This document shows positions 29,312-39,350 of a stretch of DNA of 64,000 nt, in pieces. The stretch's first letter is position 1, and each line of letters begins with the position of its first letter. The notes under the pieces are model-generated. The model did not search any database. It was not told where the DNA came from and saw only the letters and a list, made by a program, of their open reading frames with translations. Origin of the DNA: a bacterium (lineage in GTDB: Bacteria; UBA8248); contig OY843592.1 of the NCBI GenBank assembly GCA_963692865.2, positions 1,773,690 to 1,837,689 on the forward strand, given 5' to 3'. The translations under genes were made by a program, and so were the position numbers.

Positions 29312-30274
29312 GTGGCGGATAGAAGAGTAAAACTCGGCGTGCTTCTCCCCACGCGCGGGGTATTGCTCTGGAACGACGGCGTCCCTGAGGTGGGCCCCGT
29401 CATCGACCTGGCCGTGCGCGCGGAAGAGCTCGGCTACGATTCGGTGTTCGTGGGCGATTCGGTGCTCGCCAAGCCGAGGCTCGAGGCGCTCAGCGTGCTC
29501 TCCGCCGTGGCGGTGAGAACCGAGCGCGTGAAGCTCGGCACCGCCGTCTTTCTGCCGTGTCTCAGGGACCCCGTATTCCTCGCCTATCAGGTGGCGACGC
29601 TCGACGTCATCTCGGGCGGCCGCGTGATTTTGGGCGTGGGCATCGGCCCGCCCAAGCCCCAGGAATGCGAGCATGAGTTCGAGACCCTGGGCGTGCCGTT
29701 CCGAAAGCGCATGTTCTACATGCAGGAGCACATGACGCTCATGCGCAGGCTCTGGACGGAGGAGGAAGTAACCTTCGAGGGCAGGTATTACCAGGTCGAG
29801 AACGTCACGCTCGCCCACAAGCCGATCCAGAAAACCGTGCCCATGTGGATCGCTTCCGCCGTTGTGGACTCCGCGTGGCAGAGGGTGGCGAAGTATGGAG
29901 ACGGGTGGTTCCCCAACCGCGTAACGCCAGAGGAGTTCCGCGACACCTGGGGGAAGATTACACGTTTAGCCTGTGAGAACGGTCGCGACCCGGGCACGCC
30001 CGCATGGTACATGACCACCTGCATCGACGATGACAAGGAATCGGCCATGAAAAACAGCGAGGCGTTCCTGCTCGATTACTATTACACCCCGTTCTGGGGC
30101 GATTCAATCGAGAAATGGGGTACCTACGGCCCAGCCGTTGACCTGATAGAGCGCATCAACGCCTTCATCGATGCAGGGGTGGAGCACATCTCCCTGCGCT
30201 TCACCCACCGAGATCAGATGGGCCAGATCGAGCGCTTCACGGAAGAAGTGCTGCCGCACCTGAACCTGGAGTAG
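29312..30274 (+). CDS. LLM-class flavin/F420-dependent oxidoreductase
   Basis: 320 aa with a GTG start. ..LGYDSVFVGDSVLAKPRLEA.. parallels the LLM at 21746. Confidence 0.75.
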   Translation: MADRRVKLGVLLPTRGVLLWNDGVPEVGPVIDLAVRAEELGYDSVFVGDSVLAKPRLEALSVLSAVAVRTERVKLGTAVFLPCLRDPVFLAYQVATLDVISGGRVILGVGIGPPKPQECEHEFETLGVPFRKRMFYMQEHMTLMRRLWTEEEVTFEGRYYQVENVTLAHKPIQKTVPMWIASAVVDSAWQRVAKYGDGWFPNRVTPEEFRDTWGKITRLACENGRDPGTPAWYMTTCIDDDKESAMKNSEAFLLDYYYTPFWGDSIEKWGTYGPAVDLIERINAFIDAGVEHISLRFTHRDQMGQIERFTEEVLPHLNLE

Positions 30275-30384
30275 GGCGGGTTTTCACCGAACCCCGCCAC
30301 TGTCCGGCAAAGGAATAACAGGGGATGCCTGTTCCATCATTCGCGAAATACCCTATAAAAACTCTGCCATCCGTAAATTAAAAA

Positions 30385-30664
30385 ATCCGTAGGGTCAGAC
30401 ATATATGTCTGACCCCCTGTGGTCGCCCTTAACCGGACAGGCACGGGGGCCTGTCCCTACGGTCGCAATTTGGAGGATGATGGCATTGTAGGGGTCGATG
30501 GGGTTGTTACCACCCCAACCGAGAATGTTCACCGTCATTCCGGCGAAAGCCGGAATGACGACCCCTCAGCGTCGGCGAAACCCACAACCACTCCCCCCTT
30601 GAGGGTCATTTCCGACCAATGAGGGAGGGTATCGCACTGGACAGGTCGCGACCTGTCCCTACAG
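30385..30664. repeat. REP-like hairpin cluster
   Basis: Contains GTCAGACATATATGTCTGAC (30394-30413) and GGACAGGCACGGGGGCCTGTCC (30435-30456). It also has GTCATTCCGGCGAAAGCCGGAATGAC (30534-30559), CACTCCCCCCTTGAGGG, and GACAGGTCGCGACCTGTCCCTACA (about 30641-30662). Confidence 0.75.
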
Positions 30665-31993
30665 CTAGAATTCAGCGTCCTCGGCGCCCGGAATCCGGAG
30701 AGAACGGAAATGGCCCTCCAACTCGCCGAGCGGAGCCGTGGCGTCCAGGCCCATCTTCGCCGTTACGCCGCTCTGGGCCGAGGGGTCGAGACGGCTGCCC
30801 CACGCGCCCGGAACGACGAACAAATCCTTATCCGCCTGAAAGCGCGTGGCCAGCGCCCAGTCGACTTGCGCCGGGTTGTGGATATCGATGTCGTGATCCA
30901 CGCAGATGGCGTGCTTGACGTCGTAATGCGCGGCGAGCGCCGCCATGAGCGCGCTTTTCGCCTCCCCCTCGCTGGTTTTCCGTATCTGGACGGCGCAGTG
31001 AAAACGGCCCGCGCCTGAGAGGGGAAGCACGACATCCGTTACGGCCGGGACGGCTTTCTGGAGGTCTCTTAAGAGTCCCGCCTCTCTCGGCACCGCGCCC
31101 ATCAGCAGGTGATCGTAGCCCGCCGCCACGATGGAATAGAAAACGGGATTCTCGCGCATGGCGATGGATTTCACCCGGAACACTTCGCGTTCTCCCGCCG
31201 GGCTGTAATAGCGCGGAAACTCGCCGAAGGGCCCCTCGCGCCTGCGCTCATCGGGCGGTATTTCCCCCTCGATCACGATTTCAGCGCCCGCGGGCACGGG
31301 AATCCCCGACCAGGGGGCGGGGGCGACGTCCACGGCGCGGCCCCGCAATCCGCCCGCCGCTTCCAGTTCATCCTCCCCGGGCGCGAGAACGAGTTGGCTT
31401 GCCATCAGGAGCAGGGGGTCGAGACCCACGCAGACGGCCGCCTTGAGGGGCTCTCCGCGTTCCCCGGCGCGCCTGATCATGCCCTTCAGGTGGCGCGGCA
31501 GAACGAGCAGGCCGAACAGGTCGGGCTCCAGGGCGTGCATCCTGTGAATCGAGACGTTGCCCGCCCCGGAATCGGGGTCCTGCGCGATGAAAACGCCGGC
31601 GGAAATGTAGGGGCCGCCGTCCAGTTCGTGGTAGGTGGGCAGGGGGAGAATTTTCCGGACGTCGATCTCTTTCGTGATGACGTTGCGTAAAAACGGCGCA
31701 TCAGTAACCAGATTCGGCTTTATCTTGATTTCCTGTCTGCGCTGAACCTCGCGGAGCAACTCACCGGGCGCGACCCCCATGGCGTCTGCGTACCAGTCTC
31801 TTCTGCAGGCGATGTTGGCGGCGACGGGCATCGGCGCGCCATCGGCTCGCTCGAAAAGGAGGGCGGTCTGGCCGTCCGCTTTTTGCGACAAGGCGGCGAG
31901 TTCATGGCGGAGCGATACGCTGCGCGATACGCGCTTGAGCGATCCCCGCTCTTCGAGATGCGCGAGCCAGGTTTTCAGATCGTGAGCGTTCAT
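30665..31993 (-). CDS. UbiD-family decarboxylase (second paralogue)
   Basis: The start is set at the internal ATG 31993 (MNAHDLKTWLAHLEERGSLKRV..). The longer track ORF would overlap the LysR gene with Arg/Pro-rich junk. Confidence 0.8.
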   Translation of the reverse strand: MNAHDLKTWLAHLEERGSLKRVSRSVSLRHELAALSQKADGQTALLFERADGAPMPVAANIACRRDWYADAMGVAPGELLREVQRRQEIKIKPNLVTDAPFLRNVITKEIDVRKILPLPTYHELDGGPYISAGVFIAQDPDSGAGNVSIHRMHALEPDLFGLLVLPRHLKGMIRRAGERGEPLKAAVCVGLDPLLLMASQLVLAPGEDELEAAGGLRGRAVDVAPAPWSGIPVPAGAEIVIEGEIPPDERRREGPFGEFPRYYSPAGEREVFRVKSIAMRENPVFYSIVAAGYDHLLMGAVPREAGLLRDLQKAVPAVTDVVLPLSGAGRFHCAVQIRKTSEGEAKSALMAALAAHYDVKHAICVDHDIDIHNPAQVDWALATRFQADKDLFVVPGAWGSRLDPSAQSGVTAKMGLDATAPLGELEGHFRSLRIPGAEDAEF

Positions 31994-32052
31994 GCGCGTA
32001 TGATGGCAAATGGAGGGATGAGCGTCAAAAGCGCAGGGGCGCTCCGGTGTTG

Positions 32053-32940
32053 TTACGTCATCAGAGTTTCCCTCAGCATGGCGAGGTAATCGCCTGCGTA
32101 GGGAGGCAGGTAGACGTCGTTTCTCCGGAAAAGGCCGATGCGCTTTTTCCCGAAGAGGTGGGATAAGTTGGCGGTTCGCCATCCGTTAGCGGTCTCGGGC
32201 CGGGGCCAGAGCGCGTTGACGATAGCGATGCCCGCCCCGTTCAAGACGGCTTCATTGATCAGGGTGTAGGAGGACGTCTCGAAGACGACGTTGATGGATA
32301 ATCCCTGCTTCTCGAAGGTTTGCTCGATGTGCTGGCGGTCCGCCGTGCCGCGTTCGAGCAGGATGAGCGGATGCGCGGCGATGCCCTCAAAAGTGATTTT
32401 CTCCTCCTTGAGGACGGCGTGCTCCTCGGGACAGAAGAGGAGATAGTCCGTCTCCGTCCATTCTTCGAAGGAGAAATTCCCCCGCGCCACGGGCGCCGAG
32501 CCGAACGCGAAATCGACCGCGCCCTCCGATACGTGCTCGAGTAGATTCGTCCAGTTTCGCTCCAGCACGGATATCTGGACGTTCGGGTAGCGTTCGCGGA
32601 ACTTGAGGAAGGCGGCCCTGTGGCCCTTGAGGATGAGCATGGGGGCGGCTTCGGCCACGACGAGCCGCCCATGCGTCTCCCCGCGCAGGTGCCGCTCGAC
32701 CGCATCGAGGGACTCGAAGAAAGGTTTTATGGCGTCGAAGAGATACTCTCCGCTCGGCGTCAACTGAAACTTGCGGCCGACGATCCGGTAGAGCTTCACC
32801 TTGAGATCCGCTTCGAGCGCCTTCACCCGGATGCTGAGGGCAGGCTGCTGGATGGAGAAGGGCAGTTGCCTCGCCGCGCTGGTGAAGCCGCCGTGTTTCG
32901 CCACGTAGTAGAAGTATTCGAGTTGTCTTAAATTCAACAT
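32053..32940 (-). CDS. LysR-family transcriptional regulator
   Basis: 295 aa. N-terminal wHTH MLNLRQLEYFYYVAKHGGFTSAARQLPFSIQQPALSIRVKALE plus a LysR substrate-binding domain. Confidence 0.9.
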   Translation of the reverse strand: MLNLRQLEYFYYVAKHGGFTSAARQLPFSIQQPALSIRVKALEADLKVKLYRIVGRKFQLTPSGEYLFDAIKPFFESLDAVERHLRGETHGRLVVAEAAPMLILKGHRAAFLKFRERYPNVQISVLERNWTNLLEHVSEGAVDFAFGSAPVARGNFSFEEWTETDYLLFCPEEHAVLKEEKITFEGIAAHPLILLERGTADRQHIEQTFEKQGLSINVVFETSSYTLINEAVLNGAGIAIVNALWPRPETANGWRTANLSHLFGKKRIGLFRRNDVYLPPYAGDYLAMLRETLMT

Positions 32941-32976
32941 GAAAACCTCGTGAAATCATTTGCCGTGATGCCCGTC

Positions 32977-32991
32977 ATTCCATTGTGGAAT
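32977..32991. promoter_or_regulatory. candidate LysR box ATTCCATTGTGGAAT (contains T-N11-A)
   Basis: Perfect interrupted palindrome 37 bp upstream of the LysR start, in the AT-rich divergent intergenic region 32941-33255. Confidence 0.45.
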
Positions 32992-33093
32992 TTGATGGTT
33001 CGGAGCTATGCTCTGCGGACTCGTTTTGTCATATTTCTCTCGTAAATAGGATACAAGGAAGAAAAACGATCTTCCAGGGAGCGAGAAAATTAT

Positions 33094-33106
33094 ATGGAAT
33101 ATCCAT
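33094..33106. promoter_or_regulatory. second palindrome ATGGAATATCCAT in the divergent region
   Basis: Perfect 13-bp palindrome sharing the TGGAAT half-site with 32977-32991 and 24043-24055. Confidence 0.4.
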
Positions 33107-33255
33107 TAAATAATTCAATAGATTCGATTCTTTTTTTCCCCGTTGCGTATCCGCCGTCTTGCGTTTAATCTGCAAGCGGGGACATCTATTTTTTCGGGTG
33201 CCGACATAAGAGTTTCAGCACGTCGTGAACAAGGGGCGAACCCCGCCCCGCTGTA

Positions 33256-34221
33256 ATGGAGAAAGACGTGACGCAGGATTATCTTTCGCTCAGGGAACAG
33301 ACCCAGGCGCGGGACCGCAGCCTAAGAGACAAGGTGATGACGCTCGAGGAGGCCTGTGATTTCGTGAATGATGGCGAACACGTCAGCTTGGGCGGCTCCA
33401 CGGCTTCGAGAACCCCCTTCGCCATGGTTTGGGCGCTCATACGCGCGAGGAAGAAGAATCTATCCTTCTCGCGGAGCATCGTCTCCACCGAGGGCGACCT
33501 CATATTCGCTTCGGGTATCGGGAATCACATTCTCACGAGTTGGTTCAGCCAGGGAATCGTCTGGGGCGTCTCGCGCGTGATGCGGCATTTCACCGAGAAC
33601 AGGCTGGCGCGTTTCGAGGAGTGGAGCCACATGTCCATCGGACTGCGCTTCAGGGCGGGCGCGATGGGCGTTCCGTTCATGCCGATGCGCTCGATGATGG
33701 GCTCCGACGTGGCGGGGCAACTCGATAATCTAGAAGAAATGACCTGTCCCTTCACGGGCGAGAAAATCCTCCTCGTTCCGGCTCTCAATCCAGACGTCGC
33801 GCTGATCCACGTTCAAAGGTGCGACCCCTACGGCAACGCGCAGCTCGACGGCCTGACGTTCATGGATATCGACATGGCCATGGCGGCGAATCGCGTCATC
33901 ATTACCACCGAGCGAATCATCTCGAACGATCAGATCCGCAGAAGGCCCGATCAGACGAGAATCCCCTTCTTCACCGTCGACGCGGTGGTGGAGGCGCCCT
34001 ACGGCTGCGCGCCGCATGAATGCTTCGGCGTCTATGAGCCTCTGTTCTCGCACATGGACTATTACGCCGAACTCACGAGGAAAGAGCCGATGGAGGGCGT
34101 GAAGACGTATCTGGATGAATACTGCTACGCGCCGAAGAACTGGACGGAGTATCTGAATCTCATCGGCCTGGATAAGCTGCTGGATGCGGCCCGCAGGGGG
34201 AGGAGCATTTATGACGATTGA
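33256..34221 (+). CDS. CoA-transferase subunit A (glutaconate/3-oxoacid CoA-transferase family)
   Basis: 321 aa with the subunit-A pattern (..GGSTASRTPFAMVWALIR..). It overlaps the subunit B start. Confidence 0.75.
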   Translation: MEKDVTQDYLSLREQTQARDRSLRDKVMTLEEACDFVNDGEHVSLGGSTASRTPFAMVWALIRARKKNLSFSRSIVSTEGDLIFASGIGNHILTSWFSQGIVWGVSRVMRHFTENRLARFEEWSHMSIGLRFRAGAMGVPFMPMRSMMGSDVAGQLDNLEEMTCPFTGEKILLVPALNPDVALIHVQRCDPYGNAQLDGLTFMDIDMAMAANRVIITTERIISNDQIRRRPDQTRIPFFTVDAVVEAPYGCAPHECFGVYEPLFSHMDYYAELTRKEPMEGVKTYLDEYCYAPKNWTEYLNLIGLDKLLDAARRGRSIYDD

Positions 34222-34984
34222 GACGAAAGACTTCACGGCGTCGGAGCTTTTGTGCGTCATGAGCGCGCGCGCGCTCGAGGACGGGCAGGTGGTTTTCGCG
34301 GGCGTGGGGATTCCGCTTCTGGCCGCCACGCTGGCCCAGCGCCTCCATGCCCCGGGCGTGACGATTCTCTTCGAGGGCGGCACCATCGGCCCCCACGTAG
34401 TACCCGGCCAGCTTCCGCCCACCACGAACGAGCAGCGCTGCACGCGAAAGGCGAACATGCTGGTGAGCATCACCGAGGTGCTGCTCCTGCTGCAGCGCGG
34501 CTACGTGGACGTGGGCTTCATGGGGGGCGCCCAGATCGATCAGTACGGCAACCTGAACAGCTCCTTCATCGGAAGCGCGGACGACCCTTCCGTTCGGCTG
34601 CCCGGCACGGGCGGGGGGAACGACATTTCGAGCCTCACCAGGATGATCGTGGCGATGCCGCAGGAAAAGCGCCGCTTCGTGGAGAACGTGGATTTCATCA
34701 CCAGCCCCGGCTACATCCGGGGCGGAACGTCGAGGCGCGACTCGGGCCTGATAGCCGGCGGCATGTACCGCGTTGTCACGGATCTCGCGATTCTGGGATT
34801 CGATGACGACACGGGCCGGATGCGCGTCGAGGCTCTGCACCCGGGCGTCACGCCCGAGCAGGCGCAGGAGAACACGGGCTTTGAACTCATCATGGATTCC
34901 TCGGTGGGAACCACGGAGCTGCCCAGGGAAGAGGAGTTGGCCGCGCTTCGCAATCTGGACCCGGACAAGGTATACACCGCATAA
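34211..34984 (+). CDS. CoA-transferase subunit B
   Basis: ATG at 34211 (MTIETKDFTASELL..). ..FEGGTIGP.. and ..LPGTGGGNDISSL.. are typical of the beta subunit. Confidence 0.75.
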   Translation: MTIETKDFTASELLCVMSARALEDGQVVFAGVGIPLLAATLAQRLHAPGVTILFEGGTIGPHVVPGQLPPTTNEQRCTRKANMLVSITEVLLLLQRGYVDVGFMGGAQIDQYGNLNSSFIGSADDPSVRLPGTGGGNDISSLTRMIVAMPQEKRRFVENVDFITSPGYIRGGTSRRDSGLIAGGMYRVVTDLAILGFDDDTGRMRVEALHPGVTPEQAQENTGFELIMDSSVGTTELPREEELAALRNLDPDKVYTA

Positions 34985-34999
34985 CCACATGGAGCCGCC

Positions 35000-36271
35000 A
35001 TGAGCGCCGAGAACAGAGAAAAAATTCTGGCCCAGGTCGACGCCCACCGGGACGAGATTATCGCCCTGCTCACCAGACTCGTTCAGATACCGAGCGTGAC
35101 GGGGGATGAGGGGGAAATACAAGCCTACATCGCGGACTTCCTCCGCGAGATGAACCTCGACGAGGTGGACGTCTGGGAATCGGACTGGGAGGAGATCAAG
35201 AAACACCCTGAATACGTGCCCGTCACCAGAGGGTACGAGGGGAGGCCGAACGTGGTCGGCGTGCTCAAAGGTTCAGGCGGAGGCAGGTCGCTCCTGCTGA
35301 ACGGCCACACCGACACCGTCCCCAACGGCCCGCCCGACGCCTGGGAGCACGGGCCGCTCTCCGCGGACATCGAGGCCGGCCGCCTCTACGGGCGCGGCGC
35401 CTCGGACATGAAGAGCGGGGTGGCGGCCATCATCATGGCGGCCAAATGCTTCATGGCGGCGGGTCTCAGGCCCAGGGGCGACGTGATTCTCGATTTCGTC
35501 GTGGATGAGGAGTTGAGCGGTCACGGCACGCTCGACACCATTTTGCGCGGCTATACGGCGGATGCAGGCATATGCTGCGAGACGAGCGGCAACGCCATCC
35601 AGCCCGGCTGCATCGGGAGAATCTGGTTCGAAATACTCGTTCGGGGCAAGGCGGCGGGCATCCAGCGAAGGTATCAGGGCGTCAACGCCATCGACCTGGG
35701 CTACAAGATCGTTCAGGCGGTGGCCGATCTGGAGAAAAAACGCCTGGAGACGGTATCCCATCCCCTGTATCCCAAAATCATCGACGCGATTCCCTGCATG
35801 GTCGGCTCGATGGAAGCGGGGAGTTTCCCGAGCGCCTTCCCGGATACCTGCGTGCTCAAGGGGAGTCTCGCCACCGTGCCGGGCGAGGATCACGACGCGG
35901 CCAAACAAAGCCTGGTCGATCAGGTGGCGCAGGCGTCGCAGGATGATCCCTGGATGAAGGATCACCCCCCGGAGGTGCGTTTCGTGGGGTATTACGCCGA
36001 GTCTGCGGCGGTGGACGCCGATCATCCAATCGTCAAGACGGTGGCGAACGCCTACCAGGAAGTCTCGGGCAACACCCCTGAAATTTCCGGGCGTCAGGGA
36101 GCGGCGGATACGCGTTTTCTGAACGGTTTCGCCGGCATCCCGACGGTCATCTTCGGCCCGGGGCCCACCACCCAGATGCACGCGAACAACGAGTGGGTGG
36201 CGGTGGAGGACGTGATCGACGCGACGAAAACGCTGGCCCTCTCCATCCTGGATTGGTGCGGAACGGAATAA
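35000..36271 (+). CDS. M20-family deacylase (ArgE/DapE-like)
   Basis: 423 aa. ..LLLNGHTDTVP.., ..RGASDMKSG.. and ..VDEELSGHG.. are the M20 metal-ligand motifs. Confidence 0.8.
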   Translation: MSAENREKILAQVDAHRDEIIALLTRLVQIPSVTGDEGEIQAYIADFLREMNLDEVDVWESDWEEIKKHPEYVPVTRGYEGRPNVVGVLKGSGGGRSLLLNGHTDTVPNGPPDAWEHGPLSADIEAGRLYGRGASDMKSGVAAIIMAAKCFMAAGLRPRGDVILDFVVDEELSGHGTLDTILRGYTADAGICCETSGNAIQPGCIGRIWFEILVRGKAAGIQRRYQGVNAIDLGYKIVQAVADLEKKRLETVSHPLYPKIIDAIPCMVGSMEAGSFPSAFPDTCVLKGSLATVPGEDHDAAKQSLVDQVAQASQDDPWMKDHPPEVRFVGYYAESAAVDADHPIVKTVANAYQEVSGNTPEISGRQGAADTRFLNGFAGIPTVIFGPGPTTQMHANNEWVAVEDVIDATKTLALSILDWCGTE

Positions 36272-36288
36272 AACCTAAGGGAATCGAC

Positions 36289-37245
36289 ATGCGAGGAAAA
36301 GACGTCAAGTACGGAATCGCCATGCGGAATTTCACCGCATATCCCGAACTCCCCGACCCGGAGGCGCTCATCGAATACGGCGTCGCCATGGAGGAGTTGG
36401 GTTTCGAATCCCTGTGGGTGTGGGACCACATTCTGCTGGGCGTGGAGCCGCACTTTCCCATCATCGAGTCGCTGACGCTCCTGACGGCGGTGGCCGCGCG
36501 CACGAGCAGAATCAAGCTCGGCACGGGCGTTCTCGTCTTGCCGCTCAGAAACCCGCTCGTCGTCGCCAAACAACTCTCCAGCATCGACCAGATATCGAAC
36601 GGCCGCCTCATCGTCGGCATGGCGTCGGGCTGGTATAAGCGCGAGTTCGACGCGGTGGGCGTTCCTTTCGAGAAACGCGGCGCCATCATGGATCAGAACA
36701 TCGAGATCATCACGAGGCTCTGGACCGAGGACATGGTGCGCGCCGAATACGGACAGTACAATCTGAGAAATTCGGTCATGTTCCCCAAGCCCGTGCAAAG
36801 CCCGAGGCCGAGCATCCTCATCGGGGGCTACGTCGACCGCGTGTTAAAGCGCGCAGGCGAAAAGGGCGACGGCTGGCTCACCTATTTTTATACGCCGGAG
36901 AGCTTCACGAAGTCCTGGGAGAAGGTGTGCCGCTTCGCGGAGGAGGCCGGTCGCGACCCCGTCGCGCTCGAAAGCACGAACCAGCTTCCCATCATGGTGG
37001 GCGATTCGCGCGCGGATATCGAAGAGCCGATGAACGAATGGCTCCACACGGAGTGGGACTACGCCTCCTGGAGCGAGTCCACGGCCGAGAGCGCCGTCAT
37101 GGGAAACGTCGAAGAGTGCGTGGCGCAGTTGCAGGCTCACATCGACACCGGGGTGGACCGGCTCATTTTCGTTCCCTACAAATACGAGAAAGAACAGGTG
37201 GAAATCGTGGCGAGGGAAATCATCCCTCGTCTGAGAGCGGGGTAG
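36289..37245 (+). CDS. LLM-class F420/flavin-dependent oxidoreductase
   Basis: In-frame ATG at 36289 (MRGKDVKYGIAMRNF..). ..LGFESLWVWDHIL.. is an LLM pattern. Confidence 0.75.
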   Translation: MRGKDVKYGIAMRNFTAYPELPDPEALIEYGVAMEELGFESLWVWDHILLGVEPHFPIIESLTLLTAVAARTSRIKLGTGVLVLPLRNPLVVAKQLSSIDQISNGRLIVGMASGWYKREFDAVGVPFEKRGAIMDQNIEIITRLWTEDMVRAEYGQYNLRNSVMFPKPVQSPRPSILIGGYVDRVLKRAGEKGDGWLTYFYTPESFTKSWEKVCRFAEEAGRDPVALESTNQLPIMVGDSRADIEEPMNEWLHTEWDYASWSESTAESAVMGNVEECVAQLQAHIDTGVDRLIFVPYKYEKEQVEIVAREIIPRLRAG

Positions 37246-37357
37246 GGTGAGGGAGGCGTGTATTGCCCCTTTGTCATGACGATTCGGGCATGGAGGAGGC
37301 GCTACAAGACGGCGTCGAAGGGAACAGAGAGATGATGCTCCAGAAATTCAGGTACTC

Positions 37358-38461
37358 ATGGGAGATCATCGAATAAGGGATTTCCATCCTTTTCAGGATA
37401 TACAAATGGGCATTCAGAGAAGAGCCTGGGATTCTTACAGACGCTATTCGGAAAACATTTTCGACGCCATCGGCGGTACGCCTCTCGTGCGTTTGAACAA
37501 GATAGGGGCGGAAGTGGAGCCCGAGGTCTACGTGAAGCTCGAGTGGTACTCGCCCTCGGGGAGCCTGAAGGATCGCATCTACTACAACATGATCCTGAAC
37601 GCGGAGGAACGCGGTGACCTAAGCACCGGCATGACGGTGCTCGAATGCTCCACCGGCAACGCAGGCATCGCATGCGCGTTCGTATCCGCGGTGAAGGGTT
37701 ATTCCTGCGTCGTCGTCATGCCCGAGGGTATGAGCGATGAGCGCAAAAAACTCATGCGCGCCTACGGGGCCGATTTGGTGTTTACGCCGGGTGGGGAGAG
37801 CGACGTCGATCTCGCGCTCGAAAAACTCGAAGAAATCCGCGCGGCTTCGCCGGAAAAATACTGGGTTCCCGCCCAGTTCGACAACCTGGACAACAACGAG
37901 GCGCACTACCTCACGACCGGCCCTGAGATTTTCGAGCAGTTGGACGGGCGCGTCGACGCCGTCGTGGCGTCGCAGGGAACGGGCGGCTGGGTGAGCGGCG
38001 TGGGGAAATTTCTGCGCGAGGACAACCCGGACGTGAAGCTCTACGCCGTGGAGCCTCAGGAATGCCCCCTCCTGAGCGAGCGGGGCTGGGGGCCGCACGG
38101 CATCGAGGGCATCGGGGACGGTTTCGTGCCCAAGGCGCTCGACCTCTCCTTGCTTACGGGCATCGTGACGACGACGACGGATGAATCGGTGGAAATGGCG
38201 CAGCGCCTGGCGCGCGAGGAGGGGATTTTCTGCGGCATCTCCTCGGGCTGCAACGTGGCGGCCGCCCTGAAGCTGGCCACCAGGCACCCCGAACTGCAAA
38301 ACATCGTCACGAACATCAACGACACGGGACAGCGCTATTTCACCACCGCTTTGTGCGGAGAGGAAAAACACGTCGAGATTCCCGAGCGTGAGCATCACGT
38401 GGACCCATACAGTGCGGCGCAACTCGATCGATATTCGAGTGAATGGGAAATCATCACCTAG
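37358..38461 (+). CDS. PLP-dependent cysteine synthase/CBS-family enzyme
   Basis: ..GGTPLVRLNK.. and ..SPSGSLKDR.. (PLP lysine) match the fold-type II beta-synthase family. The start is uncertain, with 37406 as an alternative. Confidence 0.75.
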   Translation: MGDHRIRDFHPFQDIQMGIQRRAWDSYRRYSENIFDAIGGTPLVRLNKIGAEVEPEVYVKLEWYSPSGSLKDRIYYNMILNAEERGDLSTGMTVLECSTGNAGIACAFVSAVKGYSCVVVMPEGMSDERKKLMRAYGADLVFTPGGESDVDLALEKLEEIRAASPEKYWVPAQFDNLDNNEAHYLTTGPEIFEQLDGRVDAVVASQGTGGWVSGVGKFLREDNPDVKLYAVEPQECPLLSERGWGPHGIEGIGDGFVPKALDLSLLTGIVTTTTDESVEMAQRLAREEGIFCGISSGCNVAAALKLATRHPELQNIVTNINDTGQRYFTTALCGEEKHVEIPEREHHVDPYSAAQLDRYSSEWEIIT

Positions 38462-38482
38462 CATCCACCGCGGGTAGGACAG

Positions 38483-39349
38483 ATGGTTTATGCCCAGATT
38501 CTGATTAACAGCATTCTCTTGGGGGGTATCTACGCCTGCATCGCGGTCGGTTTCTCGCTCGTCTGGGGCGTGATGAACATCCTGAACATTCTGCACGGCA
38601 CGTTCTTGATGCTGGGCGGCTACGTTACGTTCTGGATGTTCAAACTCTACGGCGTGGACCCGTTCTTGTCCCTTCCGCTCTCCGCCGTCTCCATGTTCTG
38701 CGCGGGCTACGCGGTGCAGCGCGGGCTGATCAACAAAATCGTACGCGCGCCCATGTTCATGTCCCTGATTCTCACCTTCGGCCTTCAGTTGCTCGTCGTG
38801 AGGTTGGCGATATATTTCTTCACCGGCGATTTCAGGTCGGTTCAGCCCTCCTATGCGGGTTTTTCCATTCCTTTCATGGGTCTTTCCATACCCTTCGTCC
38901 GTATTTCGATATTCGTGCTGGGTGTTCTTCTTACGAGCATTCTCTTCTGGTTTATGGGGCGTACACGCACGGGCCGGGCCATACGCGCGACGCGGATGGA
39001 TTTGGACTCCGCCCAGTTGATGGGCGTCGACATCGGCAGAATCTACGCCATCACGTATGGACTCGGCGCGGCCGCCGCGGCCACTTCGGGTTCCCTCGTG
39101 AGCGTGGGTTTCGCCATATCGCCGGTGAGCGATGTGGAGTTCCTCTCGAAATCCTTCATCATCTGCACCATCGGGGGCCTGGGGAACATCACGGGTGCGC
39201 TTGCGGGGGGGCTGATCCTGGGCCTCGCCGAGAATTTCGGCGCCCTTTATCTCGGCCCCGGTCTGCAGAATGCCATCGGCTACGTGCTCTTGATTCTGGT
39301 GCTCTTCATCAAGCCGTCGGGCCTGCTGGGCAGAAAGGGTTTCGAATAG
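38483..39349 (+). CDS. livH: branched-chain amino acid ABC transporter permease (LivH-type)
   Basis: 288 aa, multi-TM, first gene of a LivHMGF-plus-binding-protein operon. Confidence 0.8.
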   Translation: MVYAQILINSILLGGIYACIAVGFSLVWGVMNILNILHGTFLMLGGYVTFWMFKLYGVDPFLSLPLSAVSMFCAGYAVQRGLINKIVRAPMFMSLILTFGLQLLVVRLAIYFFTGDFRSVQPSYAGFSIPFMGLSIPFVRISIFVLGVLLTSILFWFMGRTRTGRAIRATRMDLDSAQLMGVDIGRIYAITYGLGAAAAATSGSLVSVGFAISPVSDVEFLSKSFIICTIGGLGNITGALAGGLILGLAENFGALYLGPGLQNAIGYVLLILVLFIKPSGLLGRKGFE

Positions 39350-39350
39350 C

